Under the pieces are notes generated by a model, which saw only the letters and a program-made list of their open reading frames with translations, was not told the origin of the DNA and made no database searches. Positions 1 through 13,322 of a stretch of DNA of 64,000 bases are shown one piece after another (positions within the stretch are counted from its first letter, which is position 1; the number at the start of each line of letters is the position of its first letter). A program made the translations under genes and the position numbers. Source of the stretch: Octopus sinensis (taxonomy: Eukaryota). Location: the NCBI RefSeq assembly GCF_006345805.1, contig NC_043008.1:22072001-22136000 (forward strand). The letters run 5' to 3'.

Positions 1-5
1 TATAC

Positions 6-55
<50 letters not shown>

Positions 56-105
56 TATATATAATATATATATATATTACATATACTATATATATATATA
101 TATAT

Positions 106-187
<82 letters not shown>

Positions 188-219
188 AAAATATACATAC
201 ATATGCACATATATATACT
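1..219. repeat. (TA)n microsatellite
   Basis: Nearly pure TA dinucleotide run. Confidence 0.95.
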
Positions 220-979
220 ATCCTTCATGAACAAGTATTTGCATTGCGTAGAGTGGTAATCTCTTTGGCATCGATTCCAGGAATGGATAGAAGCTGATCT
301 ACTGCACACATTATGGTATCTTAATCTAATGTAAATCACAAGAAAGGAATAAAGGAGACGAGCGGAGACGCTGGCGGAGGTGGTGACAGCGGTGTTGGTT
401 GAGGCAGTAAACTGGGGGGGTGGGGTGATGGCAGCAGTGGTAAGTGACTGTTGGGAGTGGGGGTGGGAACCGGTGGTGATGGTGGTAGTAGTGGTGATAC
501 TGGTGATGGTGTTGGTGGCGGGGTAACGGTTTGGCGAGTGGTGGTGGTGGTGGTGGTGGTTTAGTAGTGGTCGTCAACATCTGCAGGAATTAATATAATG
601 TAAGCAACGAACGAGGTACGTTAGTGCAGCACGAGGAAGGTAAATATCTGATGTTTCAGTTAGTAATTTTTAATTGAAGAAGGGTTCTGTTGATTATAGA
701 ATATGCTGATTAACGAATCCACTGATTAACAGATCTGCTGATAGTGTCAGATATTTGCTGTTCCCTTATAATTGTAAACCAACATATTGCATGTAATCAT
801 TAGTCGTTCGTGGGAACATAAAACAGGAAGGTGGTCAGGTGAATTGGCTGAGTGCATAAAATGCATTGGCATTCAGAAACAAGGTATTCTAGTACTATGT
901 TCTCCGAGTTCTAATCCAACCTAGGTCAACATTGGGTTTGTTTTTTTTCTGTTCTGTTTAATCCTTTACTACCACTACC

Positions 980-1197
980 TATTTCTTTACTGCCCACAAG
1001 GGGGACAAACAAGGACAGACAAACGGACTAAGTCAATTATATCGACCCCAGTGTGTAACTGGTACTTAATTTATCGACCCCGAAAGGATAAAAGGCAAAG
1101 TCGACCTTGGCGGAATTCAAACTGAGAACATAACGGTAGACGAATTACCACTGAGCATTTCACCCAGCGTGCTAACGTTTCTGCCAGCTCACCACCA
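980..1197 (-). mobile_element. tRNA-derived SINE, family A (tail type 1), with 13-bp TSD
   Basis: Minus strand reads ggtggtgagctggcagaaacgttagcac...gtcgactttgcctttt-atcctttcggggtcgataaattaagtaccag...gtgggcagtaaagaaata; tactaccactacc at both 967-979 and 1198-1210. Confidence 0.85.
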
Positions 1198-1267
1198 TAC
1201 TACCACTACCATCACCACCACTGCTGTACCCCGCCCCGGACTGTACCCCACCACTACCACCACTATG

Positions 1268-1464
1268 CAGTCCAAATATTCTACCTGTTTTATGTTCATA
1301 CCAGCCATATCAAACCTCTCATACCTACCCTACAATGTCATTCTAAAAATAAACAGTTGCACCATTGCAATATTAAAGCCTTGAAATAATACAAGATTAA
1401 TTCAAAACAATATGGATAAATAAGCATTACATTTGACAAAGAAATTTGAATGTTAAAGGGTTAA
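1268..1464. mobile_element. Remnant of a piggyBac-type MITE (right end)
   Basis: Ends ...tgttaaaggg+TTAA (1461-1464), the same terminal style as the complete element at 25568; the left end is not seen. Confidence 0.4.
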
Positions 1465-1662
1465 CTCTTTTGATACTGACTTTTCTGAAACCGCAAACAG
1501 TTATGTTACAAATTTTGTGTTTTAAAATGATGCCAAGTGAGGTATACTTGGCAGGCTTTTATGTGACATACAAAGCACTTTGAGAAAAAGTCACTGAAGG
1601 TAAACCAACTTGTTTTAATTAGATTTTGTTATCTTAGTTTTATCTTTCAAGAAAAAAAAAAT

Positions 1663-1835
1663 AAGCAAGGTGGCAGAATTGTTAGCATTCTTGACAAAAT
1701 GCTCAACAGTATTTCATCTGTCTTTATGTTCTGAGTTCAAATTCTGCCGAGGTTGACTTTGCCTTTCATCTTCTAGCAGTCAATAAAATCAAGTACCAGT
1801 TGATCAAGTGGGGTTGATGTAATTGATTTATTCCT
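1663..1835 (+). mobile_element. Family A SINE, diverged
   Basis: tggcagaattgttagca...ctgagttcaaattctgccgaggttgactttgcctttcatc...aagtaccag. Confidence 0.75.
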
Positions 1836-1935
1836 TAATAGAAAACATCATCTTAGCTTTATAGTAATAATATTTTGAAATTTCCCGTAATATTTTACTA
1901 ATACTCTATATGTCAACTAAAATCCATGTGTATAT

Positions 1936-2030
1936 ATTGGGTTGTCCGGAAAGTTCGTGCCGATTTTTAAAGGAAAGAAAAAGGTCAATAAATACTTGCC
2001 ATTACATTTTTAATCAACCAAATATGAAGC
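1936..2030 (+). mobile_element. mariner-like terminal fragment
   Basis: TA+ttgggttgtccggaaagttcgt resembles the TIR of the MITE at 5626-5766; no partner TIR seen. Confidence 0.45.
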
Positions 2031-3045
2031 ATTTTTTTGCACCAGACATCTCCATCTTTCAGAGGGATGATGCAGTAACAAGACGACATACGTAGGGGAA
2101 ACAGCATGAAGCATAGGAGAGCGGGTAAATGGACATTGGAGAGAACTTAAGGAAGGAAAGAGCTAATCGATTCTATACCAACACGCCGAGCAGGAACACA
2201 GGGGATCAATCAACAACATAGAGGTTAACATCTTGTCTACACATAGAACAGATGCAACAATCAGACAAATTACAGAAGCTACACACATAATAGAAGATAA
2301 ACCTAGCCTGAATAGGAGACTGGAATGGAACACTAGCACACACCACAACATATGACAGAAGAAGATCCCCATAAACTGGTTACAATATAAACAAAACCGA
2401 AAACATAATAAATAAAATACACAGATAAATAAACAAATAGAAATAAATAACTATATAGGTTTCTTTTTTTAAATTTAAAAGATACTAAAAAATTATTTTT
2501 AAAAATGTTTTATTATTATTATTACTAGTATTGTTGTTATACATACATACATACAAGCATACGTAATAATAATAATAATGATAATAATAGTAATAATAAG
2601 TGGATGTAAACATGAACAAAATAAAAAAAAAGAATAAACAAAAACAAATTACACAGATGTATATAAACAGAAGATATTACAGGCATTCTCCCACACACAC
2701 ATACACACTAACTAAACATAGACACACATAGAGATATACGCATGCGCAAATGAAGACACATACAATAGAAATACAAATTGGCTGACGGTTAGTAAGGAGA
2801 GTCACACAAATAAGAAAGAAGAAAGCAAAGGACCACTGATGCAGTCACAGGAGTGTGATGAAAGAACTCTGGCCGAAATAAGATTAAGATTAATGTAAAA
2901 AATAAATAACACTGAAGCAAAGTAACACCAAATATATAGTGCGTGTGTTTTTATTGGCTAAACTGGCAAAATGACCATTCCAAAATACAACAATGTCTGT
3001 TTCAACACACGACTTCACATAAAAAATCTTGCACAACAAATATAT
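2030..3045 (+). mobile_element. Probable PLE 3' region / pseudo-LTR with a degenerate hammerhead
   Basis: A-rich strand bias; hammerhead-like motif at 2831-2874; the end (caatgtctgtttcaacacacgacttcac...aatcttgcac) recurs inverted at 63950-64000. Confidence 0.5.
2831..2874 (+). ncRNA. Degenerate minimal type-I hammerhead-like motif
   Basis: gacca-CTGATGC-a-gtcaca(ggag)tgtgat-GAAA-gaac-TC-tggcc; helix I gacca/tggcc, 6-bp helix II; core A9 mutated. Confidence 0.5.
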
Positions 3046-3048
3046 AAA

Positions 3049-3444
3049 CGTAATGTGGCTGTGTGGTAAGTAGCTTGTTTACCAACCACATGGTTCTTGG
3101 TTCAGTCCCACTGCATGACACCTTGGGCAAGTGTCTTCTACTATAGCCTCAGGCCAACCAAGGCCTTGTGAGTGGATTTGGTAGACGGAAACTGAAAGAA
3201 GCCCGTCGTATATATGTATATATATGTGTGTGTGTGTGTTTGTGTGTGTCTGTGATTGTCCCCCTAGCATTGCTTGACAACCGATGCTGGTGTGTTTATG
3301 TCTCCGTTACTTAGTGGTTCGGCAAAAGAGACCGATAGAATAAGTACTGGCCTTACAAAAGAATAAGTCCCGGGGTCGATTTGCTTGACTAAAGGCGGTG
3401 CTCCAGCATGGCCACAGTCAAATGACTGAAACAAGTAAAAGAGT
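3049..3444 (+). mobile_element. Family B SINE (tRNA-like head, internal microsatellite)
   Basis: gtggctgtgtggtaagtagc...gttcagtcccactg...accttgggcaagtg...(TA/TG)n...gtcaaatgactgaaacaagtaaaagag. Confidence 0.85.
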
Positions 3445-4606
3445 AAAAAAAATATATAGATATATATATATATACATATATACATATAAATATACTCCTA
3501 TCTTTCTGACTGTAAATGATGATTCTACTCTGTATAAGCACAAATGTACATTGTTTATTTGCAAAAGGATGAAACTGTATATGCAAACTTATCCTCATCA
3601 GCAACAACATCATCATCATCATCATCATCACCATATTCATCCCCACCACCATCACCACCATCATCATCATTATTGTCATTGTTATTATCATCATTTTACA
3701 TATATACTCATGAATATATACTATAAAAATAAGTTACTTATATATTTATGTCTACCTACCTTAGTATATACATAATATATTTATGTCTGTGTGTGTCTGT
3801 GTGTGTGTGTGTGTGAGGTTCCTCATATATTTAATCTTATCTGTTATTCAGTTTATTTATCTAAAAACACATTTTACTTCTGCTAAATATTTCAGCATTT
3901 TCTGCTGCACTTTTTTTGTCTTCTTACTTTATAATTCAGTGAAAGATACGTTTCATTTGATGTGCACTTCTTATCTACAGCACTTGAGGCATTATACGTA
4001 GCCTTAAAACACAAGCTTTTATTGTTACATAGGAAACAGCTGTATACACATACATACAGTTATATCTACTGCATGTCATGCTGCCAAAGTCTAAAACACT
4101 TCAGTTTATTTCTCCCATTTTATTGGCAACATTGCTTGTTTCAATATCCTGTTAGCGTCTTTTTTTTCAGTTCTTAAATTATTTATTTATTGATTATTTT
4201 TTATCAAGACTATCCAGGTAGTTTAATATTCTTAAATTATCTCCATATATCAATATCATGTTGTTTGTTTGTTTGTTTGCTTGTCTGAGTTTTTTTTCTT
4301 TTCATTCTTTAACAGCAACGAAACCTCATAAGACTTTTATGTTGACAGCATAAAAACGTATGTGTTGTCTACTGGAATATTAAGGAAATATATGTACTTG
4401 AAGCATCAACTGCTTCTACCAATTTCCTGAAAAAAGACTGCTGCTTCATGTTAAATACGGTCCTTGATTTATTAGAGCTCTACTTTGAAAATCAAGAAGA
4501 AAAGATCTTTTATTGAAACTGTATTTATAGGGGCCTTGTTTGCCCCTGTCAGTATGAACCAATAATTTTTTTTTTCCTCCCCACCAATATTTTCTTTAAA
4601 TATTGC

Positions 4607-5390
4607 AGGTGTAGGCATGGCTGTGTGGTTAATAAACTCCCTTTGCCAACATGTGGTTTCAGGTTCACTCCCACTATGCAGTACCTTGAGCGAGTATCTT
4701 CTATTATAGCTTTGGACTGATCAATGTCTTATGAGTGGATTTGGTTGATGTATGCTGTGTGCATGGGTGTTTGTGTGTGTGATTGTGTCTGCATGTGTGT
4801 ATATGTGTGTGCTTATGTGTGTGCATGTGCTTGTGTGTTTGTGTGTGTGTATGTGTGTACATGTGTGTGCACATGTGAGTGTGTACTTGTATGTATGTGT
4901 GTGCTTGCATGTGTGTGTGTGCATGTGTGTGTGTGTACTTGCATGTGTGTACTTGCATGTGGTGTGTGTATGTGTGTGTGTGTACTTGCATGTGTGTGTG
5001 TGTATGTGTGTGTGTGTACTTGCATGTGTGTACTTGCATGTGTGTACTTGCATGTGTGTGTGTGCTTGTGTGTGTGTGTACTTGCATGTGTGTACTTGCA
5101 TGTGTGTATGTGTGTACATGTGTGTGCACTGTGAGTGTGTACTTGTATGTATGTGTGTGTGTGCTTGCATGTGTGTGTGTGTGCTTGTCCTTGTGTGTGT
5201 GTGCATGTGTGTGAGTGTACTTGTCTATGTGCATTTGTGTGTGTGTGTGTGTTCATGTGTATGTGTGCTTGTGTATGTGTATGCATGTGCTAGTGTATGT
5301 ATGTGCTTGTGCTCGTGTGTGCATGCATGTGTGTGAGTGTGTGTGAGTGTGTGCATGCGCTTGTGTGTGCTTGTATGTGTCATTCTGTTT
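4607..5390 (+). mobile_element. Family B SINE head followed by a ~630-bp compound (TG/TACTTGCA) microsatellite
   Basis: Head at 4607-4755 matches family B; the TG-rich array starts where the internal microsatellite normally lies. Confidence 0.7.
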
Positions 5391-5404
5391 GTTTGTTGCT
5401 CCAT

Positions 5405-5528
5405 CATTGCTCAACAACCTATATTTACATCCCTGTAACATCCAGGTTTCTGAGCCATATAGTAGAATTGGTTCTACTATGGCTTTGAAGATTTCAAGTT
5501 TGAAGTCTCTACTTAGATTTGATGACCA
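5405..5528 (-). pseudogene. RTE-clade LINE ORF fragment (post-RT region)
   Basis: Translates WSSNLSRDFKLEIFKAIVEPILLYGSETW; LLYGSETW is typical of RTE-group ORFs. Confidence 0.75.
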
Positions 5529-5625
5529 AGAGACTGCATGGTACTTTGGGCAAGTGGGACTGAACGTGAAACCATGTGGTTGGTAAGCAAGCTTCTTATC
5601 ACACAGCCACTCATATATATATATA

Positions 5626-5766
5626 TAAGGTTGTCCCAAAAGTTCGTAGAAAGTCTTGGAAAATAATGGTCTTTATTTTGAGGAATAATTTTTGTTGTTT
5701 TTGTTAGTACTTGGCAAGTAAAAATTCAATTTTCACAAGTGTTTACGAACTTTTGGGACAACCTAA
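5626..5766. mobile_element. Tc1/mariner-type MITE
   Basis: Perfect 21-bp TIRs aggttgtcccaaaagttcgta (5628-5648) and tacgaacttttgggacaacct (5744-5764); flanked by TA. Confidence 0.85.
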
Positions 5767-5769
5767 TAT

Positions 5770-6780
5770 AATGTTGAAGTTATCTGCTAATGTTGACATT
5801 TTCAATGACAAGGCTAAATTTTATAACTCTACCTTACTTAAAGCAGGTTTAAACAGATAAAGTTACCAACATTAATCCATTCAATCTTATTTTATCTTTA
5901 GTAATGTAGACATGAAATCTAGTTGTAAGGATATAAACGATATCAATTTTAATTTATAGGCCAACACTAAACAGAGGAAGGGAGAGAACCCTTATTTAAA
6001 CCCCTTTTTTTTATCCTAAAGGTAAATCGATGTGTTTTAAAGATATTTACACTAAAAATAAAGCAACTAATAGCAAAACTATTTGGTTGATTATTCCTCA
6101 TGGGAGGCAAATTAAATCTAATTATTTTTTCCATTTTCAGAAAACTATTATTATGAATTTTCCCAAGAATTCTAGGTATTACTCTATTATCAACACGCAC
6201 ATGATTAGGATTTGTTTTTCCAACACAAAAAATCTCTCACAAATTATCTCCTCACATAATATTAGTCTGTTAAATAAGAATCCAATTACTAATACTAACA
6301 TTAATTTAGCTAATATCTACCACCCCGCTAGAAATATTAATAACAAGGTTATTGTCTCTGAAGTCAATTCCAACAGAATTAAGTTTATGTCTGGTAATTC
6401 TAAAACTAAAAACTCTATATACCAGTGTAAAATTACTTCAGGTACCGATGTCTTTTATTATATAGGTAGTTCTTCTTCTCAATTATCTAAAAGAATTTCT
6501 GATCATTACTCTACATTTAGGGATAGTAATAAACGCAACAGTACAGGGCTTAGTAAATTAATTTGGTATCTAAAAGACCATCATAAACAATTTAATTTAG
6601 ATTGGTTGATTCTCTCCATTTCATTCCCATATGATAAAGGCAAAGAATTTTGTCAACTCTGTAATACTGAACTATTTTTTATTCTGTATTTCTAAGAATC
6701 CCCTTGTAAACATGGTTATAGAACATGCTTATTAATGTAAACATTGGCAGAAACATACCTTTAGTTCATATAAGTAATAT
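5770..6780 (+). pseudogene. PLE remnant: RT thumb/linker plus GIY-YIG endonuclease (ORF 6030-6695)
   Basis: KLSANVDIFNDKAKFYNSTLLKAG (5772 onward); IWLIIPHG...NLSQIISSHN linker; SIYQC...YYIGSS...KRISDH...STGLSKLIW...CQLCNTE; stops and frameshifts on both sides; no RT core. Confidence 0.85.
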
Positions 6781-6944
6781 CTACTATCATATATAATCTG
6801 AACATTGATTTTCTTCTTGCATTTACTTCCACTAGATATATCTTTTCCCAAGCTTTTAAGCTTTTATTTAATTCACATATCACTCTATATTTCTCATTTA
6901 TTAGTTTCCTGCTTATTTCTTACCCCTCTTTCTTTCTTTCTTTT

Positions 6945-7012
6945 ACACACCAGCATCGGTTGTCAAGTGATGTTGGGGGGATAAACACAGACGCACAAAC
7001 ATATACACACAC

Positions 7013-7067
<55 letters not shown>

Positions 7068-7237
7068 TACATATATACAACATGTTTCTTTCAGTTTCCA
7101 TTTACCAAATCCACTCATAAGACTTTGGTCTGCCCAAGGCTATAGTAAAAGACACCAAAGGTGCCAGGCAGTGAGACTGAACCTGGAACCATGTGGTTTG
7201 TAAGCAAGCTACTTACCAAACAGCCACTCCTACGCCT
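6945..7237 (-). mobile_element. Family B SINE, lacking its 3' end
   Basis: Reverse complement of the family B head, internal (TA)n and first part of the 3' half. Confidence 0.8.
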
Positions 7238-7479
7238 ATATATATATATATATATATACACACACATATACATATCTCTGCTGACATTTTCCTCTACTCT
7301 TTTCTCTAACCATTCTTTTCACTTCTTTACCAATCTTTTGTTCTCATTCTCTCTTCTATTCACCTTCAGAGTATACCTGGCAACTATCACCCACCCTTAT
7401 TTAATGCAAGGTAGCAATGTTACTCTAGCCCCCTTTCAAATGTGAAGGCTTTTTAGTTTTGCTGGCTACATGATACCCG

Positions 7480-7682
7480 GGCCATGTAAAAAAACAGTCC
7501 CTAGTACCCCCTGTAAAGTGGCTGGCATTAGAAAGAGCATCCGACTGCATCAAAGTAGACATCTGACCTTGACACAATCTTCCAGCTTACCAGAATCTTT
7601 TCATCAAATCATCCAACTCATGCCAGCAAGGAAGATAATCATAAAAAGATGGTGGTGATGATGATGATGATGATGATGATGT

Positions 7683-7717
<35 letters not shown>

Positions 7718-7745
7718 GGTGTGATGATGATGATAATGATGATGT
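7480..7745 (+). mobile_element. Family C (RTE 3' end), diverged, with expanded (GAT)n tail
   Basis: gtaaagtggctggcattagaaagagcatcc...ccaactcatgccagca...(gat)n. Confidence 0.6.
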
Positions 7746-7783
7746 TGACCTGTATATGCATGCATTGCATGCATGTGTGTGTG

Positions 7784-7834
<51 letters not shown>

Positions 7835-8013
7835 GTATGTACACACACACACATACATACACATACAACCCCCACACACACACATATATATATACACACA
7901 CACACGCACATTATCGATATTTATATTTACAAATATTTACAAATTGTCCAACCCATGGACAATGAATGTTAAATGATGATGATGATGATACATATACATA
8001 CACATACATACAT

Positions 8014-8054
<41 letters not shown>

Positions 8055-8060
8055 TATACA

Positions 8061-8159
<99 letters not shown>

Positions 8160-8564
8160 TTATATATGTATATATGTGTGTGTGTGTATGTGCATATGTA
8201 TGTATGTATAAAAGTTATAGGATACCAAAGCTATTTCCAGCATCATTTTTCCAAGAATTCTCCATCTTGTTGAGGACAGTTCATCGATAATAATTGGGAA
8301 TAATTCTCAAGAGCCAGTTGCCAAATTTAGTTCTGAGTCTGTATATAAATAGAGCCTGGAAATTATTACGTTCCTTCAAAGTAGATTCCTATCCATAAAA
8401 TGAGTCAAAGAGATGAAAAAAAAAAAAGCAGGGAGCAAAAGGTTAGATTAATAACTGTAATTAATGAGAGCAGATAATGCTTCATCATGTGACTAAATAA
8501 TCTGTCATGTGACCAAGTGGAATAACTCAGCTGACATGTCTTATGACCAACAGATAAAACATGG

Positions 8565-8622
<58 letters not shown>

Positions 8623-8639
8623 GTATACATTTATTAATC

Positions 8640-8797
8640 AATATAAGGGTAGCAAAAAATTCAAGAGAAATTTACCGCCACCAGCGGTCTAGTGAGAAAG
8701 AAAAAATAGTCACAGACTATATAATATACATTTAACAATATTAAGGAATGGCCTTAGTGAGTCGAATGGCCTATCAGAGCCATTCCTTAATATTGTT
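8640..8797. mobile_element. Short fold-back element, related to 43640-43850
   Basis: Inverted repeat aacaatattaaggaatggc (8733-8751) / gccattccttaatattgtt (8779-8797); body resembles the reverse complement of 43760-43850. Confidence 0.55.
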
Positions 8798-8804
8798 GTA
8801 TATT

Positions 8805-9185
8805 TCTTTTACTTGTTTCAGTCATTTGACTGCGGCCATGCTGGAGCACCGCCTTTAGTTGAGCAAATAGACTCCAGAGCTTATTCTGTGTAAGCCTAGT
8901 ACTTATTCTCTTGGGGTCTTTTGCCAAACCACTAAGTTATGGAGATGTAAACACACCGGCATCAGTTGTCAAGCGATATTGGAGGAACAAACACAGACAC
9001 ACAAACATATATATACATATACGGCAGGCTTCTTTCAGCTTCCATCTACCAAATCCACTCACAAGGTTTTGGTCGGCCCGAGGCTACAGTAGAAGACACT
9101 TGCCCAAGGTGCCACACAATGGGACTGAACTCATGACCATGTGGTTGGTAAGCAAGCTACTTACCACACAGCCACTCCTGCACCT
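8805..9185 (-). mobile_element. Family B SINE, full length
   Basis: Complete reverse-complement match to the copies at 3049 and 34532. Confidence 0.85.
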
Positions 9186-9224
9186 ATATAGGTATATAAT
9201 ATGTATACAGGTATATAGTATATA

Positions 9225-9435
9225 TTGTGACTGCGTGTGTACCGTTGGCGATTTTTTTCCCTCTGTCTTCCCTTCTCTGGATCTTTCCTTCTCCTATGTT
9301 TCCGACGAAGAGCTCCGCTCAAAACGTTAAACCCTCCTTCTTTCCTTCTTTCCTGAGTGCCCAATAATACTATATTTGTTCCATGTCCTCGCGTTGTTGT
9401 GTTTTTTTGTGCTTTCTTGTTTGGATTAACTTTAT
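9225..9435 (+). mobile_element. PLE pseudo-LTR-like element with a degenerate hammerhead (9298-9332)
   Basis: gttt-CCGACGA-a-gagc(tcc)gctc-AAAAC-GTT-aaac; related to 43862-44050 on the opposite strand; (TA)n on its right flank. Confidence 0.55.
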
Positions 9436-9819
9436 ATATATATATATATATATAGGTAGTTAATATACATGCCCCCCCCAAACACACACATGCACTGAGC
9501 TGCTATATGGCTATTCTTCTTATGCTTATTACTCAATTTGCTTTCATAGAATCTTCCAATACAGATCTGATATATTCAGGAGGTAGAAAAGTAAACAGAG
9601 AGTTATTTAGATAAGCCCTCCTTCATATTGATGCAAACATCCTGCTTCTCTTAAGTGTGCCTCACTTTATCATATCTACAGTGTGGAATATTGGTTCTTG
9701 AAGCAGAGCAGCCAAAACATAAAAAATATATCAGAACTTTACAAATGCTCGCAGATTAAAAACAAAAAACAAAACAAAGAAATGCCAGGAAATGCCTTTG
9801 ATCAGAATTAACTTTGCTT

Positions 9820-9887
9820 GGCATCGGAGTTGTTGTTGTTGTCATTGTGATCATCATTGTCATCATCGTCATTATCGTTGCTATCAC

Positions 9888-9922
<35 letters not shown>

Positions 9923-10183
9923 ACACCATCACCATCATCATCATCATCACTATCATCATCATCATCATCATCAACACAATCACCATCATCATCATCATCA
10001 ACAACACAATCACCATCATCATCATCATCATCATCATCACGGCAGCTGATACTACTGCAGTAGCAGCAGCCACCACCACCACCACCACCACCACCATCAC
10101 CACCACCATGATTACTGCTATTATCTTCACTACTACCACCACTACAACAACCACTGCCATCATCATTATTCTAATCATCCACC

Positions 10184-10214
<31 letters not shown>

Positions 10215-10215
10215 A
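9820..10215. repeat. Compound (CAT/CAC/CAA)n microsatellite
   Basis: Trinucleotide array. Confidence 0.9.
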
Positions 10216-10261
10216 GTGTATGCATATATATGTACGTATGTATATCGGAAGCAAACAGGAA

Positions 10262-10485
10262 ATTATCCTTTTCTACTCTAGGTACAAGGCCCGAAATTTT
10301 TGGACAGGTGGGGACCAGTCGATTACATCAACCCCAGTACACAACTGGTACTTAATTTATCGACCCCAAAAGAATGAAAGGCAAAGCTGACCTCAGCAGA
10401 ATTTGAACTCGGAACACAAAGACAGACGAAATACTGATAAGCATTTTACCCAAGGTGCTAACATTTCTGCCAGCTTCCTGCCTTG
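10262..10485 (-). mobile_element. Family A SINE (tail type 2)
   Basis: Family A core with the tail ...caaaatttcgggccttgtacctagagtagaaaaggata. Confidence 0.8.
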
Positions 10486-10617
10486 CAAACAGGAAATTAT
10501 TAGAAAAAATAAATGCAAAAGCCAAATAGATAGTAAGAATATAAAAAATCAAGCCACTGCAAAGGTTGAGGGAAAAACCCTAAAAGAATAATTTGTAATA
10601 TTAGTATTTTTATAAAT

Positions 10618-10835
10618 AAGGCAATGAGTTGGAAGAACCATTAGTGTGCCAGGCAGAATGCTTAACTGCATTTCACCCTTCTTTACGTTCTGAGTTCAAA
10701 TTCTGCTGGGGTTGACTTTGCCTTTCATCCTTTCAGGGTTGATAAAATAAGTACCAGTTGAATACTGAAGTTGATGTAAATGACTAATCCCCTCTGCCAA
10801 AATTGCTGGCCTTGTGACAAAATTTGAAACCAAAT
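10618..10835 (+). mobile_element. Family A SINE, diverged
   Basis: ctgagttcaaattctgctggggttgactttgcctttcatcctttcagggttgataaaataagtaccag. Confidence 0.75.
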
Positions 10836-12503
10836 ACAGTGATAGGTCGCAGTACGAGTTTAATTCATTCCCTGACCAAGCTTGTCTTTTGATTTACTTG
10901 TTTTACAAATCAATTTTCCTCAATGAAATTAAATAAAATATAATTAATCCATTCCAGCCCTCAAAAACCACTCAAAAATAATTTTTTATGGGTTTTAAAA
11001 CAGAAAAGGTGTAGTTACATGTAAAATGACAATCATAAGAAAGAAAAGGCAAAAGAAATATGTAAACTGGTTTTATTGACTGAATTACCTTAAAGATGGG
11101 ATAATTTGTGTGCTTGTATTGTGGATTTCCGTTCGTACTTCAAGACGAAAATTCCCATAGGTCTCAGCTTGTACAGCAAATTACTTGTACAATGGTGCAC
11201 TCATACTGTGAGGTTCTACTGTATTTGGTAGCCTTCTATGCAGTTTCCATCTACCAAAGTTTCACTCACGAAGTATTGAATAAACAGAGGATTAAGTAGA
11301 AGTACCATGATGTAGGATTGAACCTAGAACCATGTTGTTGTGGTGAAAACCTCTTAACCACACAGCTACGTCTACTACACACAGTTCTCTGTACTAAATT
11401 TTCTTTTAAATATAGTTACACATTTTGGGATCGAAGTGATTTTCAAATGCTAGATAATTAATTAGAAGACATTGCAAATAAATGAAAGGTGTCAACTGTC
11501 TCAGCCTCCCAAATTAATTAATTAATTAACAGAAAATATACAAACATATACAAAAATTGTCGAAATCCTGCTATTGTGGAATTGTTATCAGAGCAGAGAT
11601 CGGAAGTTTTCTTAAGGTTTGTCAGCCATTAAACTAAATAATTATAGTAATTTCAATTATGGTTAAATTATTTTCTTCTATTATTACTAATTATGTTTAT
11701 AATTAATCTCGTTTAATTGCATGCATTCACTTTATTATTGTGTGTGTGTGTGTGCATGTGCACTTGTGTGTATGTTTATACATGTGTGTATGTGTGAGTG
11801 TATTTTCTTTTCTTTCGTTTCCTAATTTCGCCTTTCTTCTGCCACTGTATTACTATATACCTGTTTGTATTCCAAACAAGATTTGAGAAAACTCAATAAT
11901 TACTAATTGCTAATTAGTGAAGTTAGATTTTTTACATTCATTTTTATATTTATCTTATTTTATTTCTATGTTATTACATACAAACTCTACTCTAAAGCTG
12001 TGGGGTTTTCTTCTTTTCATATATATATATATATATATTTCCACCCATCCTTTAGTTTTTTTTATATAAAATAATAATTACGGGCAGTTCACCCTTAGTA
12101 ATCTCTTATTTATTCCACTTTCTTTCAAGTATAAGCTGATATGTATAACCAATAACAACAACAACAACAACTCACACAATCACATCTATATCAATATACT
12201 TCTCGTCCTGCTTGAAATTACAACAAACAGATTCCATTCTGTTGTATTACTTCCTATCGTGTATAATTTCCCTTTTTGTTTAATCATTACTCATTTTGCT
12301 CACAGCAATCAATTTGAATATGGACAGGTGATCGGAGGTGTTTAATCTAAGTGAAAGGCACATCTATAGCGATCACGAAAAACAAGGATATAATCACGAA
12401 CACACAACATTAAGTACAATTTGAAGCATTACAATATCACTGCTCCATGTCATACAATCCACATGCTCAGAAACAATAGATACCAATATATGAAGTGTTA
12501 TTA

Positions 12504-12549
<46 letters not shown>

Positions 12550-12575
12550 TTATTATTATTATTATCATTATTATT

Positions 12576-12608
<33 letters not shown>

Positions 12609-13322
12609 GCTATTTACTTTTAATCTGCATGTTTGCTACAATGACTTGCCGAGACATACCCAGCATCCTAGGGCGAGTGAAGGATAAGAGATGTTACAGT
12701 ATGACTGAAAGCTTGGGGAGGGGAAGTGGTAGGAGCAGTAGCAAAATATCTTCATGTAATACAACACAGACATTTGAATTGATAGGGTTTTTCTAAGATG
12801 TGGGCAGTACTTGTCAGCACAATCATTTTGATTTCTCTGAGACATGGTTCTCCAGGAATATTATCTAGATGTTTCTGACATCCCCTTTTTTTATCATACC
12901 AAGGGAATCTATAATAACAGGAACATTTCTTGCTTTAAGACGCCACATCTTTTGTATTTCAATTTCCAGGTCCTTATATTTATTTAATTTGTCAAATTTC
13001 TTTACAGATATATTTTTATCATTGGGAACATTTACATCTATTAGTCTACAAGTACTTTCTTCTCTGTCCTTAATGACTATGTCTGGTCTGTTAGCCTGGA
13101 TCGTTCTGTCAGTGTTGACTGGGAAATCCCAGAGGATAGTGACATTCCTACCTTCAACTACTGGCTCAGCATGATGTGCCTACCAGAAAGCAAGAGAGCT
13201 GATTTTGTAGTGTTTACATATTTTCCAATGTAAATACTGTCCTACCCTATCATGGTGATGTTTGCATTCATGCATTCATTTGGTGTCAGCACAGGACATC
13301 CCAAGACAAGATGGTCTATTGT

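Noticed and set aside
326-620. GC-richer Pro/His ORF near the window start
   Set aside because: Mostly (GGT)n-derived low complexity with no recognisable domain.
4704-5336. Cys/Val- and His/Thr-rich ORFs (also 56196-58077 and 59490-60175)
   Set aside because: Dinucleotide and tetranucleotide repeats that lack stop codons by composition.
12869-13174. Plus-strand hydrophobic ORF (also 44057-44416 and 57133-57360)
   Set aside because: Antisense shadows of minus-strand reading frames.
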